38,844 nt of DNA, taken from assembly GCA_964584265.1 (NCBI GenBank), contig CAZOZI010000007.1, positions 1 to 38,844 of the forward strand. The letters run 5' to 3'. The translations under genes were made by a program, and so were the position numbers. Source of the DNA: an uncultured Candidatus Saccharibacteria bacterium. Lineage in GTDB: Bacteria; Patescibacteriota; Saccharimonadia; Saccharimonadales; CAYVSP01. How positions within the stretch are numbered: position 1 is the stretch's first letter; every line of letters begins with the position of its first letter. The notes beneath the pieces were generated by a model that was not told the DNA's origin, searched no databases, and saw only the letters and a list, made by a program, of their open reading frames with translations. Positions 9,693 to 19,087 of this stretch are shown one piece after another.

Positions 9693-10364
9693 ATGATATC
9701 TATCCCCCAGAAAATAGAAGAAATTATCAATCAAAGCCCTTATTTAAGAGAGGCTTTGACAGATGACATCATCAATTTGTCTGCTCTTTCACGCCAATTA
9801 AAGCCACGGATTGAAAATGAGCTCATTAAAAATGTAACTAATGAAGCGGTTTTTATGGCACTGCAACGTTACCAGAAATCAATCAAACCATATTACACTG
9901 TTAATCCGGCTGATTATTTAGCTAATCTTGGGTTGCGTAGTGATTTGTTTGAGTTGACTGTAAAGAACTCACCTACCCTGCTGGCCAAACTATCTAAATT
10001 GGCGCAGCGTATCGTTGATGAACACACAGCAGTGTTTGTATTTACGCAAGGATTGAATGAAACCACCCTTATTACCAGCAACAGCTTGCGAACTGACCTC
10101 GCCAAACTACTAAAAGAAGAACGAGTTACTAAGAAAATTGATAATTTAGTTGGCATTACCTTGCAGCGTACCCATGCTCAGATTGAAACCACTGGCGTGC
10201 TGCAGTATCCATTGCGCATTTTAGCTTGGCAGGAAATTTCAGTTATTGAAATAATAACGACCTTAAACGACATTATGGTCATCGTACGCGACTTCGAAGT
10301 CGACCGCGCCGTAGCCTCCATACGCCAAGCTTTGAAATCGAACAAAGAAAAAACCAAATCTTAG
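9693..10364 (+). CDS. ACT-domain protein with N-terminal helical/HTH-like domain (family often labelled aspartate kinase-like; no kinase domain seen)
   Basis: SPYLREAL..DIINLSALSRQLKP...AVFMALQRY N-terminus, then ACT-like repeats (TQGLNETTLI; GVLQYPLRILAWQEISVIEIITT). Confidence 0.75.
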   Translation: MISIPQKIEEIINQSPYLREALTDDIINLSALSRQLKPRIENELIKNVTNEAVFMALQRYQKSIKPYYTVNPADYLANLGLRSDLFELTVKNSPTLLAKLSKLAQRIVDEHTAVFVFTQGLNETTLITSNSLRTDLAKLLKEERVTKKIDNLVGITLQRTHAQIETTGVLQYPLRILAWQEISVIEIITTLNDIMVIVRDFEVDRAVASIRQALKSNKEKTKS

Positions 10365-10388
10365 TTTTTGGCCTAAAGTCTAGCGAAT

Positions 10389-10511
10389 CTTAGCTTTGCA
10401 TTTGTGTGCAGTTTGGGATTTCTTCATGAGCAGCGCAAAGGAGTCGTACAAGTGGTACGGTGAATGCGCAGCGCAGTGAAAAATCACAAAATGTGCCAAG
10501 AACAGCTCAAG
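10389..10511 (+). repeat. structured intergenic repeat, copy 2 (long hairpin)
   Basis: Apical GAG-TCGTAC-aagtg-GTACGG-TGAATG matches copies 1 and 4. Flanking stems GCGCA/TGCGC, TTCAT/GTGAA, TTTGGGATTT/AAATCACAAA. Lies between convergent genes. Confidence 0.65.
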
Positions 10512-10517
10512 AACAAG

Positions 10518-10922
10518 CTACTTGTTCGCTTGCTTCTTGGGCTGTGGTGCAAAGTCTAAGGCACAAGAGTTGATGCAGAAGCGCATCCCAGTTGGCTGAT
10601 CCGATGCATCATTGAAAAGATGACCTAGATGTCCGCCGCAATTGCTGCAAGTTACTTCTACTCTATGAATGCCGTGCGATTTATCCTCGGTTAACTTGAC
10701 CGACCCTTTACTAGCTACATCGTAAAAGCTTGGCCAACCAGAGCCTGAGTCAAACTTGGTTTTGCTATCGAACAGTTCGGCGCCACAGTTAGCACAGGTG
10801 TACATACCAGAGTCTTTGTTATGCAAAAACGTGCCAGTAAACGGCGCCTCGGTCGCTTTATTGAAAAGTACATCCTTCTGCTCTTCAGAGAGTTTCGGAT
10901 TCAGTGCGGGTTTTACCGCCAT
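10518..10922 (-). CDS. msrB: peptide-methionine (R)-S-oxide reductase
   Basis: TEAPFTG, CANCGAELF, KFDSGSGWPSF, CSNCGGHLGHLF, RFCINS. Confidence 0.97.
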   Translation of the reverse strand: MAVKPALNPKLSEEQKDVLFNKATEAPFTGTFLHNKDSGMYTCANCGAELFDSKTKFDSGSGWPSFYDVASKGSVKLTEDKSHGIHRVEVTCSNCGGHLGHLFNDASDQPTGMRFCINSCALDFAPQPKKQANK

Positions 10923-10934
10923 CCAGATCTCCTA

Positions 10935-11225
10935 TTACTTTTTGCCACCCATGAAAAGGCTATGCAGGCCAATATATATCCAACACAAAATTTCTAGCGC
11001 CAGAAGTTCTAAGATCAAACCAACTAAAGGCTGCACATAAGTTACTTTATAGCCACCGCCAGGTGCACCATAAGCTGGAGCCATACTGCCCCATTGCCAT
11101 AGAGCAACTCTGCCGGCTAGTTCCTGTGTGACTTGAGCTACAAACTGCACCACAAACATTGCCACAACAACGCCCACTATTAATGAAGACGCATCTTTGC
11201 GCTTTAATACTTTTACTACCACCAT
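10935..11225 (-). CDS. small two-TM membrane protein
   Basis: Two hydrophobic helices; GGAGG SD upstream. Confidence 0.7.
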   Translation of the reverse strand: MVVVKVLKRKDASSLIVGVVVAMFVVQFVAQVTQELAGRVALWQWGSMAPAYGAPGGGYKVTYVQPLVGLILELLALEILCWIYIGLHSLFMGGKK

Positions 11226-11289
11226 TTTGGTATCCTCCGTTTTATTACTAAGCTTAATTATATGCTTATGCTAGATTGAAGCAATAGTT

Positions 11290-11724
11290 CTATTCCTCTT
11301 GCTTTGCAGATTTTTGGCTGCTGGACTTTTGGTTTTTTGACTTATCTAATTTATCCAGTTTGAGCAATTTAAGGATAAAGTAAACGACTGCCGCGACAAT
11401 AATGAAATTAATAATTTGGTTTAATACCGCACCGTAACCCAGTTTGTTCGTACACTCTAATCCGTTACTCTGCAAACACCAATATTTGTCACTCAAAGCA
11501 CCACCACCGTACAGCATGCCGACAACCGGGTTAACAATATTGTTAACAATGGAGTCTATAACACCTTTGGCGGCAACACCTAGAATAAAAGCCACGGCTA
11601 GTCCAACCACGCCTTGCTCACGGATAAAATTTACGAACCCCTGCAACCAGTTAGGAACTTTTACGGTTGGGATACTAACAGTTATTTCTCTTCTCACCAC
11701 CCTTTTAGTTTCTTCCTCATCCAT
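11290..11724 (-). CDS. mscL: large-conductance mechanosensitive channel family protein
   Basis: GFVNFIREQGVVGLAVAFILG, SIVNNIVNP, YGAVLNQIINFIIVA. Confidence 0.88.
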   Translation of the reverse strand: MDEEETKRVVRREITVSIPTVKVPNWLQGFVNFIREQGVVGLAVAFILGVAAKGVIDSIVNNIVNPVVGMLYGGGALSDKYWCLQSNGLECTNKLGYGAVLNQIINFIIVAAVVYFILKLLKLDKLDKSKNQKSSSQKSAKQEE

Positions 11725-12943
11725 TGCTGTCTCCCTTGGCTTTTAGTATACGACGAATGGCAAGGCTTATTGCCGCTTCTTTAAGCGAAATGTCTTCTTT
11801 TTGAGCATAGTCATAAACTTCTTTGGTGGCTTTCACTAGATATTTTTCAAGCTCCTCATTAACTCTATTTTCGCTCCATTGCTCGTTATTTTTATTCTGT
11901 AGCCATTCCAAATAGCTTACAATAACTCCGCCAGCATTGGCTAATATATCGGGTATAACAATAACCCCACGGCCGGTTAGATACTCGTAGGCCTCTTCGC
12001 TGATTGGGCCATTAGCTAGTTCCAAAACCATTTTCGCTTTTACCGCCTTCATGTTGTCCTTCGTGATTTCGTCGCCTAGAGCTGCTAACACCAATACATC
12101 ACTATCAATTGATAGTAGTTCTTCGTTTGAGATAGTCTCGCTATCAGTTGTTTGATAATCATTGAGGGGTCCAATCTGCTTTTTATAACCGTCCACGTCG
12201 CTTGCGCTTAGTCCTATAGCTTTGTGTGGACCACCACTGGAGTCCGTTGCTGCAATTAAGCGCCAATTGGATTGCTCTTTTTCGGCGACCAGACTAAAAA
12301 ACGAACCAACATTGCCAAAACCCTGTACGCCCATAGTAATAACTTCGTCTCTCCTGCCCATGTGTTTGAGAAGTTCTCTGAGTACAATTACGCCACCACG
12401 GCCAGTCGCCGCATCGCGGCCCAGGCTACCGCCCTTTGGGATTGATTTTCCTGTGAATGACGCATGGCTAGCGTCGCCTGTCTGTTTTTCATATTCATCA
12501 ACCATCCAATCAATAATGGTTGCGTTGGTGTTGACATCTGGTGCTGGCACATCTGTATCGGGCCCGATATGCGGGTGCAGATGTTCTACGTACTTACGAG
12601 AGAGTTCTTCCAGCTCAGATTTGTCCATTTCTTTGGGATTAACAACCACACCGCCTTTGGCGCCGCCCAATGGTAAACCAACGGCCGCTGTTTTGAGCGA
12701 CATAAGGGTTGCTAGAGCACGCACCTCGTCTATATCTACATCTGGATGAAAGCGGATACCACCCTTGTATGGTCCTAGTGCATTACTGTGCTGGATTCTA
12801 TAGGCCTTGTGTTTCGTGCCTTTACTCAATTCTATTTCAAATTCATGCTCAGCATCAGTTTTGAGCAAATAATCAATGTCGGCCTGGCTAAGCCCTAGGC
12901 GTTTTCCCACCCGCCGAATAAGTTTATGAGCTGTCTCAAGCAT
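11717..12943 (-). CDS. gdhA: Glu/Leu/Phe/Val dehydrogenase (glutamate dehydrogenase)
   Basis: GPYKGGIRFHP, GGAKGG, DVPAPDV, TGK...GGS.GR..ATGRG, QGFGNVG, PDILANAGGVIVSY. Confidence 0.93.
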   Translation of the reverse strand: MLETAHKLIRRVGKRLGLSQADIDYLLKTDAEHEFEIELSKGTKHKAYRIQHSNALGPYKGGIRFHPDVDIDEVRALATLMSLKTAAVGLPLGGAKGGVVVNPKEMDKSELEELSRKYVEHLHPHIGPDTDVPAPDVNTNATIIDWMVDEYEKQTGDASHASFTGKSIPKGGSLGRDAATGRGGVIVLRELLKHMGRRDEVITMGVQGFGNVGSFFSLVAEKEQSNWRLIAATDSSGGPHKAIGLSASDVDGYKKQIGPLNDYQTTDSETISNEELLSIDSDVLVLAALGDEITKDNMKAVKAKMVLELANGPISEEAYEYLTGRGVIVIPDILANAGGVIVSYLEWLQNKNNEQWSENRVNEELEKYLVKATKEVYDYAQKEDISLKEAAISLAIRRILKAKGDSNG

Positions 12944-12985
12944 GGCCAATATTGCAGCTTTTAATAGCTTCCTCTGTATTCATAA

Positions 12986-14770
12986 TTACATTTTCTCCGG
13001 GGCTTGGATGTTGAGCAGTTCAAGACCATTCTCAAGCACTAGGGCATATGACTGCACAAGTTTCAGACGCAATTCTTCCCTTTTATCGCCGATTACACGG
13101 TTGCCTTCGTAGAATCGATTGAACGACTGGGCCAATTCGTATAGGTATGTGCAGACATGGTGTGGAGCTAGTTCTTCTACCGCACCACTGACAACTTCTG
13201 GGAACTCAGTCATTTTACGTAGTAAGCTGCGCTCGGCTGGATTAAGTGAAGCATCAGGCGATAAAGAGGTTTTCTTAGTAGCTTTATGTAAAATGCTTCT
13301 GGCACGAGCATGAGCATATTGAAGATATGGGCCACTATCGCCAGTAATTGCTACCGACTCCTCTGGATCATAGACAATATCTCCTCCCAGACCCTGCTTG
13401 AGAAACGCGTACTTGACCGCCCCTAATACTATTGCTGGCTGTTCTTTACCGGATACTTTATGGTTTGCGCTTTCAGCCACCTCAAGCACATCAACTGCTC
13501 TAAGTATATTGCCCTTGCGAGAGCTCATTTTAACGCCGCCTTTGAGCTTCACAATACCATGTGTCAAATGAATAGTTTTTTTTACCAGCTCAGGCTGAAA
13601 TTGCTCAAGAGCTTTTAATACAACTTGCATGTACTGGGCAATTTCATTAGCGGTAATAATAATAGAAATATCAAAGTGATAATCAGCTTGTTTCTTAAGA
13701 ATCAAGCCCACTTCCTTAGCTTCATAGGTTGGTAATCCCTCTGAATTAATGAAGACGCGAGTGTGAAGATCATGCTTATCACCCGGGAAAATAATGGCGC
13801 CTTCCGACTCTTCAAATACGCCTTTACTTAGCTGATCTTTTACAGTTTTAAGCCCCAATTCAGCCACTTCACTCTCAGGGTAATATTTCTCAAACCGCAA
13901 GCCAAGACGGTTATAAAACTGATTAAAATAATCATAGCTCCATTGTCTGCCTATTTCGTACAGTATGTATATTTTGCTAGTGGGTATAAGCTCAGCGCTA
14001 CCAAATGCTGTTTTAAATTGATGGGAATCGTTGGCAAATTGTTTCTCTCCCCAGTAATCGTAAATAAGATGATTGAGTAATAAAATATCAAGCTTGGGTA
14101 GGTCACCTTCGAGCCTAAAGAATCCACGTTCTTTCTTCGCTGGCAACTCTTTTTCATATGCTTCGTTACCTGCTATATAAGCTTGTGCCAACCAATCAGC
14201 ACGTTTCGAAACCTCAATCTTTTTTAAGCTTTCTTTGTCAGCACTTCTTAATTTGTGCAGCATGCCCCACATGGTTTTGGCAACATGCAGCCCCACATCA
14301 CCACCATAATTAACCCTGTGTACTTTGCCGCCGGCAGCCTCAAACAATCTGGCAATTGCATCGCCGACAACGCTTGTATACAAATGTCCGGCATGTAGCA
14401 CCTTAAAAGGATTGGGATCGGAGTATTCGGCAACCACAGTTTTACCCTTATAAAGCTGGTTTTTGCCATATAGTTTGTCAATCCTAGAGAGTTCGTCCAC
14501 TAGCATTTGATCGGATAGCTTGAAGTTGATAAATCCTGGGCCAGCTACTGATATCTCGCTCACATCTTTGGCAAGTATACCTTGTAGCTGTTTAACTAAG
14601 ATTTTGGCAACCTCCTGCGGTTTTTGATCAACTTTTGAAGCTATTTGAAGAGCAGCATTCGTTGCATAATCGCCAAATTGTTCAGGTGGCCGTGTAATCT
14701 CAATTGTTTCATCGACGTTGAATAATTTTTTGCACGCCTCTTGTATGGCCAGTTCTATTTCTTGCCTCAT
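12986..14770 (-). CDS. argS: arginine--tRNA ligase
   Basis: FGDYATN, GPGFINF, PNPFKVLHAGH (HIGH motif), KMSSRKG, GPYLQYAHAR. Confidence 0.97.
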   Translation of the reverse strand: MRQEIELAIQEACKKLFNVDETIEITRPPEQFGDYATNAALQIASKVDQKPQEVAKILVKQLQGILAKDVSEISVAGPGFINFKLSDQMLVDELSRIDKLYGKNQLYKGKTVVAEYSDPNPFKVLHAGHLYTSVVGDAIARLFEAAGGKVHRVNYGGDVGLHVAKTMWGMLHKLRSADKESLKKIEVSKRADWLAQAYIAGNEAYEKELPAKKERGFFRLEGDLPKLDILLLNHLIYDYWGEKQFANDSHQFKTAFGSAELIPTSKIYILYEIGRQWSYDYFNQFYNRLGLRFEKYYPESEVAELGLKTVKDQLSKGVFEESEGAIIFPGDKHDLHTRVFINSEGLPTYEAKEVGLILKKQADYHFDISIIITANEIAQYMQVVLKALEQFQPELVKKTIHLTHGIVKLKGGVKMSSRKGNILRAVDVLEVAESANHKVSGKEQPAIVLGAVKYAFLKQGLGGDIVYDPEESVAITGDSGPYLQYAHARARSILHKATKKTSLSPDASLNPAERSLLRKMTEFPEVVSGAVEELAPHHVCTYLYELAQSFNRFYEGNRVIGDKREELRLKLVQSYALVLENGLELLNIQAPEKM

Positions 14771-14796
14771 TTAAGCTCAAGTATATCAGTTCTGGT

Positions 14797-15477
14797 CTAG
14801 CGCCAGTGTGCTTCAAGAGCACGTATTACCTGCCAAATAACGGCGTACATGCCAATAAGTAAAGCAAAAAACATCAGTGTAGTGGTGATTAATTGCGGGT
14901 GGGCGGCCGGATTTACAAATTGGTCAGACACATCAAACAGAAGCCCGGCTGGATTAACAAGTACATCCCAAGAATTGAGGCGAAAGTCGCGGCCCAAGTA
15001 GATTGCAAAGCTGCAAAGAAATAATATACCAGCCATAATTGCGTGCGTGCTCTTAAGTTTCAGTTTCTCGTGCAGCTCACGTTGAACTATAAACAAACTG
15101 GTAAAGCCCAAGGCGAAGCTGGTGAAAATAAAAGAGAAAAACATTACCGAATCGTAAAGTAAGCTAACTTCTCCGGTACTTTGCAGATGTATAAGGTCGC
15201 TGACCATATAGAAGCTATTAGGTAGAAAACCTAACCAAAGAGCTGCGTAAATGATTGGTTTGGGGCTTCGCCAAGGTTGTTTCTTCAAGCTCTCTTTGAG
15301 TAACCAGGCAAATAGCAGCGGCAGCCAAGCCAGAAGCAAGTTCCAGAATAAAAAAGCATAGCGCAATGTCCCCGCCGAGATGACACGGACCGTGAAAAAA
15401 CCCAAGTTTATTAAGGTAGCTAATGTGAAGGCCAGCAATAATTGCTTCTGCACCTCAGACAATTTCATGTTAGTCAT
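14797..15477 (-). CDS. DUF1361 family membrane protein
   Basis: WNLLLAWLP, WLGFLPNSFYMVSDLIHL, IYLGRDFRLNSWD. Confidence 0.85.
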   Translation of the reverse strand: MTNMKLSEVQKQLLLAFTLATLINLGFFTVRVISAGTLRYAFLFWNLLLAWLPLLFAWLLKESLKKQPWRSPKPIIYAALWLGFLPNSFYMVSDLIHLQSTGEVSLLYDSVMFFSFIFTSFALGFTSLFIVQRELHEKLKLKSTHAIMAGILFLCSFAIYLGRDFRLNSWDVLVNPAGLLFDVSDQFVNPAAHPQLITTTLMFFALLIGMYAVIWQVIRALEAHWR

Positions 15478-15568
15478 TATATAACTTCACCCCGTCAAAC
15501 GTATTTTTGAATGGGTTTGTTATCAGATGATACTAGAGTTATCTAAGGAGTTCTATATAATTATGACA

Positions 15569-16198
15569 ATGATGGAAGTTCTGGACAGCGTTCGAAGGGT
15601 GGTGCGTAGGTTGCTCCACCCGGTGGCGAAATTCCTCAATAGTGCCAGCCGCGGTAAACTGACCCCAAACACTGTTACAGCAATTGGTTTGTTAGCCCAC
15701 GTTTTTATCGCCTGGTTGATTGTAACTAGTCATCTGTTCCTTGGCGGCTTATTATTAATAGTTTTTGGGCTGACTGACGCCCTGGACGGGCAACTTGCGC
15801 GTTTGCAAGATAGAGAGACCAGCTTTGGTATGCTTTTTGATGCTACTAGTGATCGATTTAAAGAAGTTTTGCTCTACAGCGCAATCGCCTACTACTTTGT
15901 GTCAATTCAAAATCCTTTTGCTGCCGTTTGGGCTGTGGCAGCTTGTGGAGCCAGCCTGTGTGTTAGTTACATTAAAGCAAAAGGTGAAGTCGCTATGAGT
16001 GCAGGCGCCAAAGATATTCAGACCATTAACCATATGTTTGAGGATGGCTTGATGCGCTTTGAGGTGCGGATGTTTGTACTTATCGTTGGCCTCATCTTTT
16101 CTGCTCTTCTGCCAATAGCGGTTGCTGCTATTGCTATATTATCCAGCCTAACGGCTATTGACCGCCTCATAAGAATCAGAGAAAAATTAAGAACGTGA
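15569..16198 (+). CDS. CDP-alcohol phosphatidyltransferase (PgsA/PIP-synthase-like)
   Basis: TPNTVT, DALDGQLAR...FGMLFDATSDR signature, VSYIKAKGE, G.M.RFEVR. Start uncertain (15563-15572). Confidence 0.9.
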   Translation: MMEVLDSVRRVVRRLLHPVAKFLNSASRGKLTPNTVTAIGLLAHVFIAWLIVTSHLFLGGLLLIVFGLTDALDGQLARLQDRETSFGMLFDATSDRFKEVLLYSAIAYYFVSIQNPFAAVWAVAACGASLCVSYIKAKGEVAMSAGAKDIQTINHMFEDGLMRFEVRMFVLIVGLIFSALLPIAVAAIAILSSLTAIDRLIRIREKLRT

Positions 16199-16208
16199 TA
16201 GGCCTTTT

Positions 16209-16865
16209 ATGTACCGCGTTGATTTTCACACCCACTCCAAAGCTTCACCCGACGGTGGCCTAACTCAGGATCAATACGACAAAGCCCTAAGAGAAGGACT
16301 TATTGATTGTGTTGCAGTAACTGATCATAACCGCATTGATAATGCTGTGGCTTTGCAGCAGGCATTAGGAGAAAGCCGCGTTATAGTTGGCGAAGAAATT
16401 ATGACTTCGGTCGGTGAGATTGTTGGCCTGTTTTTGAAAAAACCCGTGCTTGCAAACTTAACTCCTCTAGCAACCGTTAAGGCAATTAAGGCTCAAGGCG
16501 CCTTTGTCTATATCCCCCACCCGTTTGAAACCGTTCGTCATGGATTGAGCACTAAAGCATTAGAAGAAATTTCTGATTATGTTGATATAGTCGAGGTACA
16601 CAATGGTCGTGCCTGGCTACAAAACCGCGGACCGCGAGCAGCCGCTTGGGCAAAACTACACCACAAATTACGGACTGCCAGCAGTGATGCACATGGCTAT
16701 CGGGGTTTAGGTAGTGGTATAACCCTGCTTGAAGAAATTCCAACCCGCGACACACTGCTGCAGCTATTATCAACAGCGCACCTTAGTACTAAACGGCCTC
16801 ATTTGCGCAGCTTGTTTTATCCCAAGTTACACCGTATCGGACATAAATTAAGGTTACGCGTGTGA
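16209..16865 (+). CDS. PHP domain phosphoesterase
   Basis: DFHTHS..SPDG, AVTDHN, GEEI, PHPF, SSDAH. Confidence 0.9.
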   Translation: MYRVDFHTHSKASPDGGLTQDQYDKALREGLIDCVAVTDHNRIDNAVALQQALGESRVIVGEEIMTSVGEIVGLFLKKPVLANLTPLATVKAIKAQGAFVYIPHPFETVRHGLSTKALEEISDYVDIVEVHNGRAWLQNRGPRAAAWAKLHHKLRTASSDAHGYRGLGSGITLLEEIPTRDTLLQLLSTAHLSTKRPHLRSLFYPKLHRIGHKLRLRV

Positions 16866-17404
16866 TTAATAACATTATTTTTGCACTTTGGTTTTTCTTG
16901 CCAGCTGGACTAGCTAATGCTGCGCCAGTGTTCGCCAGTCAATTTCCATTGCTTAGGCGATGGAATACACCTCTAGACTTCGGTAAAAGCTTTCGCGGGC
17001 GTCGCATTTTTGGCGATAACAAGACATGGCGTGGTGTGGTTTGCGGTGTACTTGTGGCCGGCGGCATCGCTTTTACCCAGAATGCCTGGATAATTAGTTT
17101 ATCCTTAGCATATAGTTGGCAGCCGCTCATTCTTTCAACAAGTGCTGGCATGCTTATGGGTTTTGGTGCGCTGATGGGGGATGCTATTGAAAGCTTTTTG
17201 AAGCGCCAAGTTGGTGTGCCAGACGGTCGGAGTTGGTTCCCCTTTGATCAACTAGATTATATTATTGGCGGTTTGGCCGCTAGCACATTAGTTGTTCATC
17301 TAGCCACATATCAATACGTCAGCATCATTGTAGTGTGGTTTGTGATGCATATAGTCGCTGGTTTTATTGCTTACAGGCTGGGCTTCAAAGAACGCCCTAT
17401 TTAG
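16862..17404 (+). CDS. CDP-archaeol synthase (CarS)-like cytidylyltransferase
   Basis: LPAGLANAAPV, PLDFGK...RRIFGDNKTWRG, GDAIESFLKRQ, FDQLDY. GTG start overlaps the PHP stop. Confidence 0.85.
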   Translation: MINNIIFALWFFLPAGLANAAPVFASQFPLLRRWNTPLDFGKSFRGRRIFGDNKTWRGVVCGVLVAGGIAFTQNAWIISLSLAYSWQPLILSTSAGMLMGFGALMGDAIESFLKRQVGVPDGRSWFPFDQLDYIIGGLAASTLVVHLATYQYVSIIVVWFVMHIVAGFIAYRLGFKERPI

Positions 17405-18299
17405 TTTTCAGTTGGGTTACAACAAAATCTCCTAATGCACTTGTCAGTCGTAGAGCCCCAGCTAGAGCCGGACGATAGAGTGCGTTGACTCTTCTTTCAT
17501 ACTCATCAGGTGCATAATGGCCTTCTACTGTTTTTTCCAGCAAAGCCGAGTACTCATCATCTATTGTTCTTAAGTCCTCAAGAAGTTCTGTTATACGCGG
17601 CCATTCAGCTGTTAAAGCAGCTACCTGTTGATTGACCTTATTTTTGGTGAGATTTCCCGGTGAAGTAACAGTGCCATCAATTTGTGCAAGTGTTGATAAT
17701 GCTTTTCGGCCTAGAGCTGCAGGTAACTCTAAAGCTCTTTGTAGATGATGGGGGTTAACAATGTCTGTGGTATCACTTAGAGCCTTTGTAAAACTTCGTA
17801 CTTTATGCGCATAGTAACGATTAAAAATATCAGTGTAGTCCGGTTCTTTTATTGTTAGAAACTCAAGGGGATTACCAACCAGCCATGATTTTTCAACACT
17901 TTGTAAGTGTTCCAAGAAAGCAGCATCGATGGTATGCACTCCATTCATGAATGATCCAATGTGCCAAATATTAGATTCTATTGGTACATGCCATATATTC
18001 TCTACCTCCTGGAATAAAGAACGATAGCCTTCTATAACTATGTCTGGCGCACCGACATCCACTGAATATGTTACGAGTACATCAAGGTCACTGCGCCGAT
18101 TAGCAGAATCTTGAGCTACAGAACCATAGATCATTGATCCATCAAAGGCTGTAAAAGCTGCACTATATTCTGCATCATCAAACTGCTCAAGATAGCGCAG
18201 CCACATTGTATCAAGCAGAAAGTGTCCTGCTTCAGTGTGGGCACCCTCTTGAGGCACACGACCTTCAACTATCTCCTGAGAAGTAAAAACTTTTCCCAT
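17397..18299 (-). CDS. nucleotidyltransferase (Pol-beta superfamily) domain protein
   Basis: YGSVAQDSANRRSDLDVLV (hG[GS]...DxD), followed by a helical domain. Confidence 0.7.
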   Translation of the reverse strand: MGKVFTSQEIVEGRVPQEGAHTEAGHFLLDTMWLRYLEQFDDAEYSAAFTAFDGSMIYGSVAQDSANRRSDLDVLVTYSVDVGAPDIVIEGYRSLFQEVENIWHVPIESNIWHIGSFMNGVHTIDAAFLEHLQSVEKSWLVGNPLEFLTIKEPDYTDIFNRYYAHKVRSFTKALSDTTDIVNPHHLQRALELPAALGRKALSTLAQIDGTVTSPGNLTKNKVNQQVAALTAEWPRITELLEDLRTIDDEYSALLEKTVEGHYAPDEYERRVNALYRPALAGALRLTSALGDFVVTQLKTK

Positions 18300-18356
18300 C
18301 GTTAAAGATGCACTATAAACGAAATATCAGCCGAACCAAAGCATAAGCAAATTGAT

Positions 18357-19085
18357 CTATGGTGCTTGCACGAAACATTCCATGGCCACCGCTGCTTCCA
18401 TAGAATCTTTAGGAGTATGTTTTAACATGGCCTCAGTTTGGGACGGCATTTCTTTTAGAGCGGTTCGTTTCTGCTCCATCAATTCTGGTGTAAGCGAAAA
18501 GGCAATGTCACAACTAGCGGCAGGCCGAACAGGTGGTCTATCAATATTGAAATAAATGTTGAACTGCTTATGCATTGGCTCCATGTACTTCCTAAAAAGC
18601 TCTTCGTCTTCGACTTTGTGATAGACCTTTACTTTTGTACCTTTGGTTGCAAGGCTAACCCACCGCGAAACTGCTTGATGGTCAGGATGGCCGGTTAAGC
18701 CCTCAGGGCCAAACGTCAAAATCGTATCTGGTTGATGAGTCTCTATAAATTCCTTAATTTTAGCGCTGCCTTCTTCATCTGAAATTTTGTAGCAATCACC
18801 ATCATGGTAATCAAGCCAATAGTGATTAGTAATACCTAAAACCTTAAGAGCTGCTTCCATCTCATGCTCACGAATATCAGCCAGTTTAGCAGCTGGCCAA
18901 CGTGTCTCATCTTGCACTCCAGCTTCCCCGCGTGTGGCAGTTATACAGATTACTTTTTGGCCATTATTAATGGCCGCCGCGATTATACCTCCTGCGCAAA
19001 ACGTCTCATCATCCGGGTGTGCCCAAACCGTCAAAATAGTACCCAGCTGCTTTACATCATCAGAAGTGTGGATCTGATTGTGCAT
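18357..19085 (-). CDS. PIG-L/LmbE family deacetylase
   Basis: AHPDDE, TRGEAG, R..E...AL..LG, G.TGHPDH. Confidence 0.92.
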   Translation of the reverse strand: MHNQIHTSDDVKQLGTILTVWAHPDDETFCAGGIIAAAINNGQKVICITATRGEAGVQDETRWPAAKLADIREHEMEAALKVLGITNHYWLDYHDGDCYKISDEEGSAKIKEFIETHQPDTILTFGPEGLTGHPDHQAVSRWVSLATKGTKVKVYHKVEDEELFRKYMEPMHKQFNIYFNIDRPPVRPAASCDIAFSLTPELMEQKRTALKEMPSQTEAMLKHTPKDSMEAAVAMECFVQAP

Positions 19086-19087
19086 GT

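Noticed and set aside
9599-9730. ORF-track extensions of the 521-aa and 237-aa ORFs
   Set aside because: They overlap each other head to head across the divergent promoter region; the internal ATGs (9598, 9693) fit better.
12222-12749. 175-aa antisense ORF in gdhA, and similar shadow ORFs in groL, murE, valS and the giant gene
   Set aside because: Opposite-strand or alternate frames of conserved genes, with no motifs or start signals.
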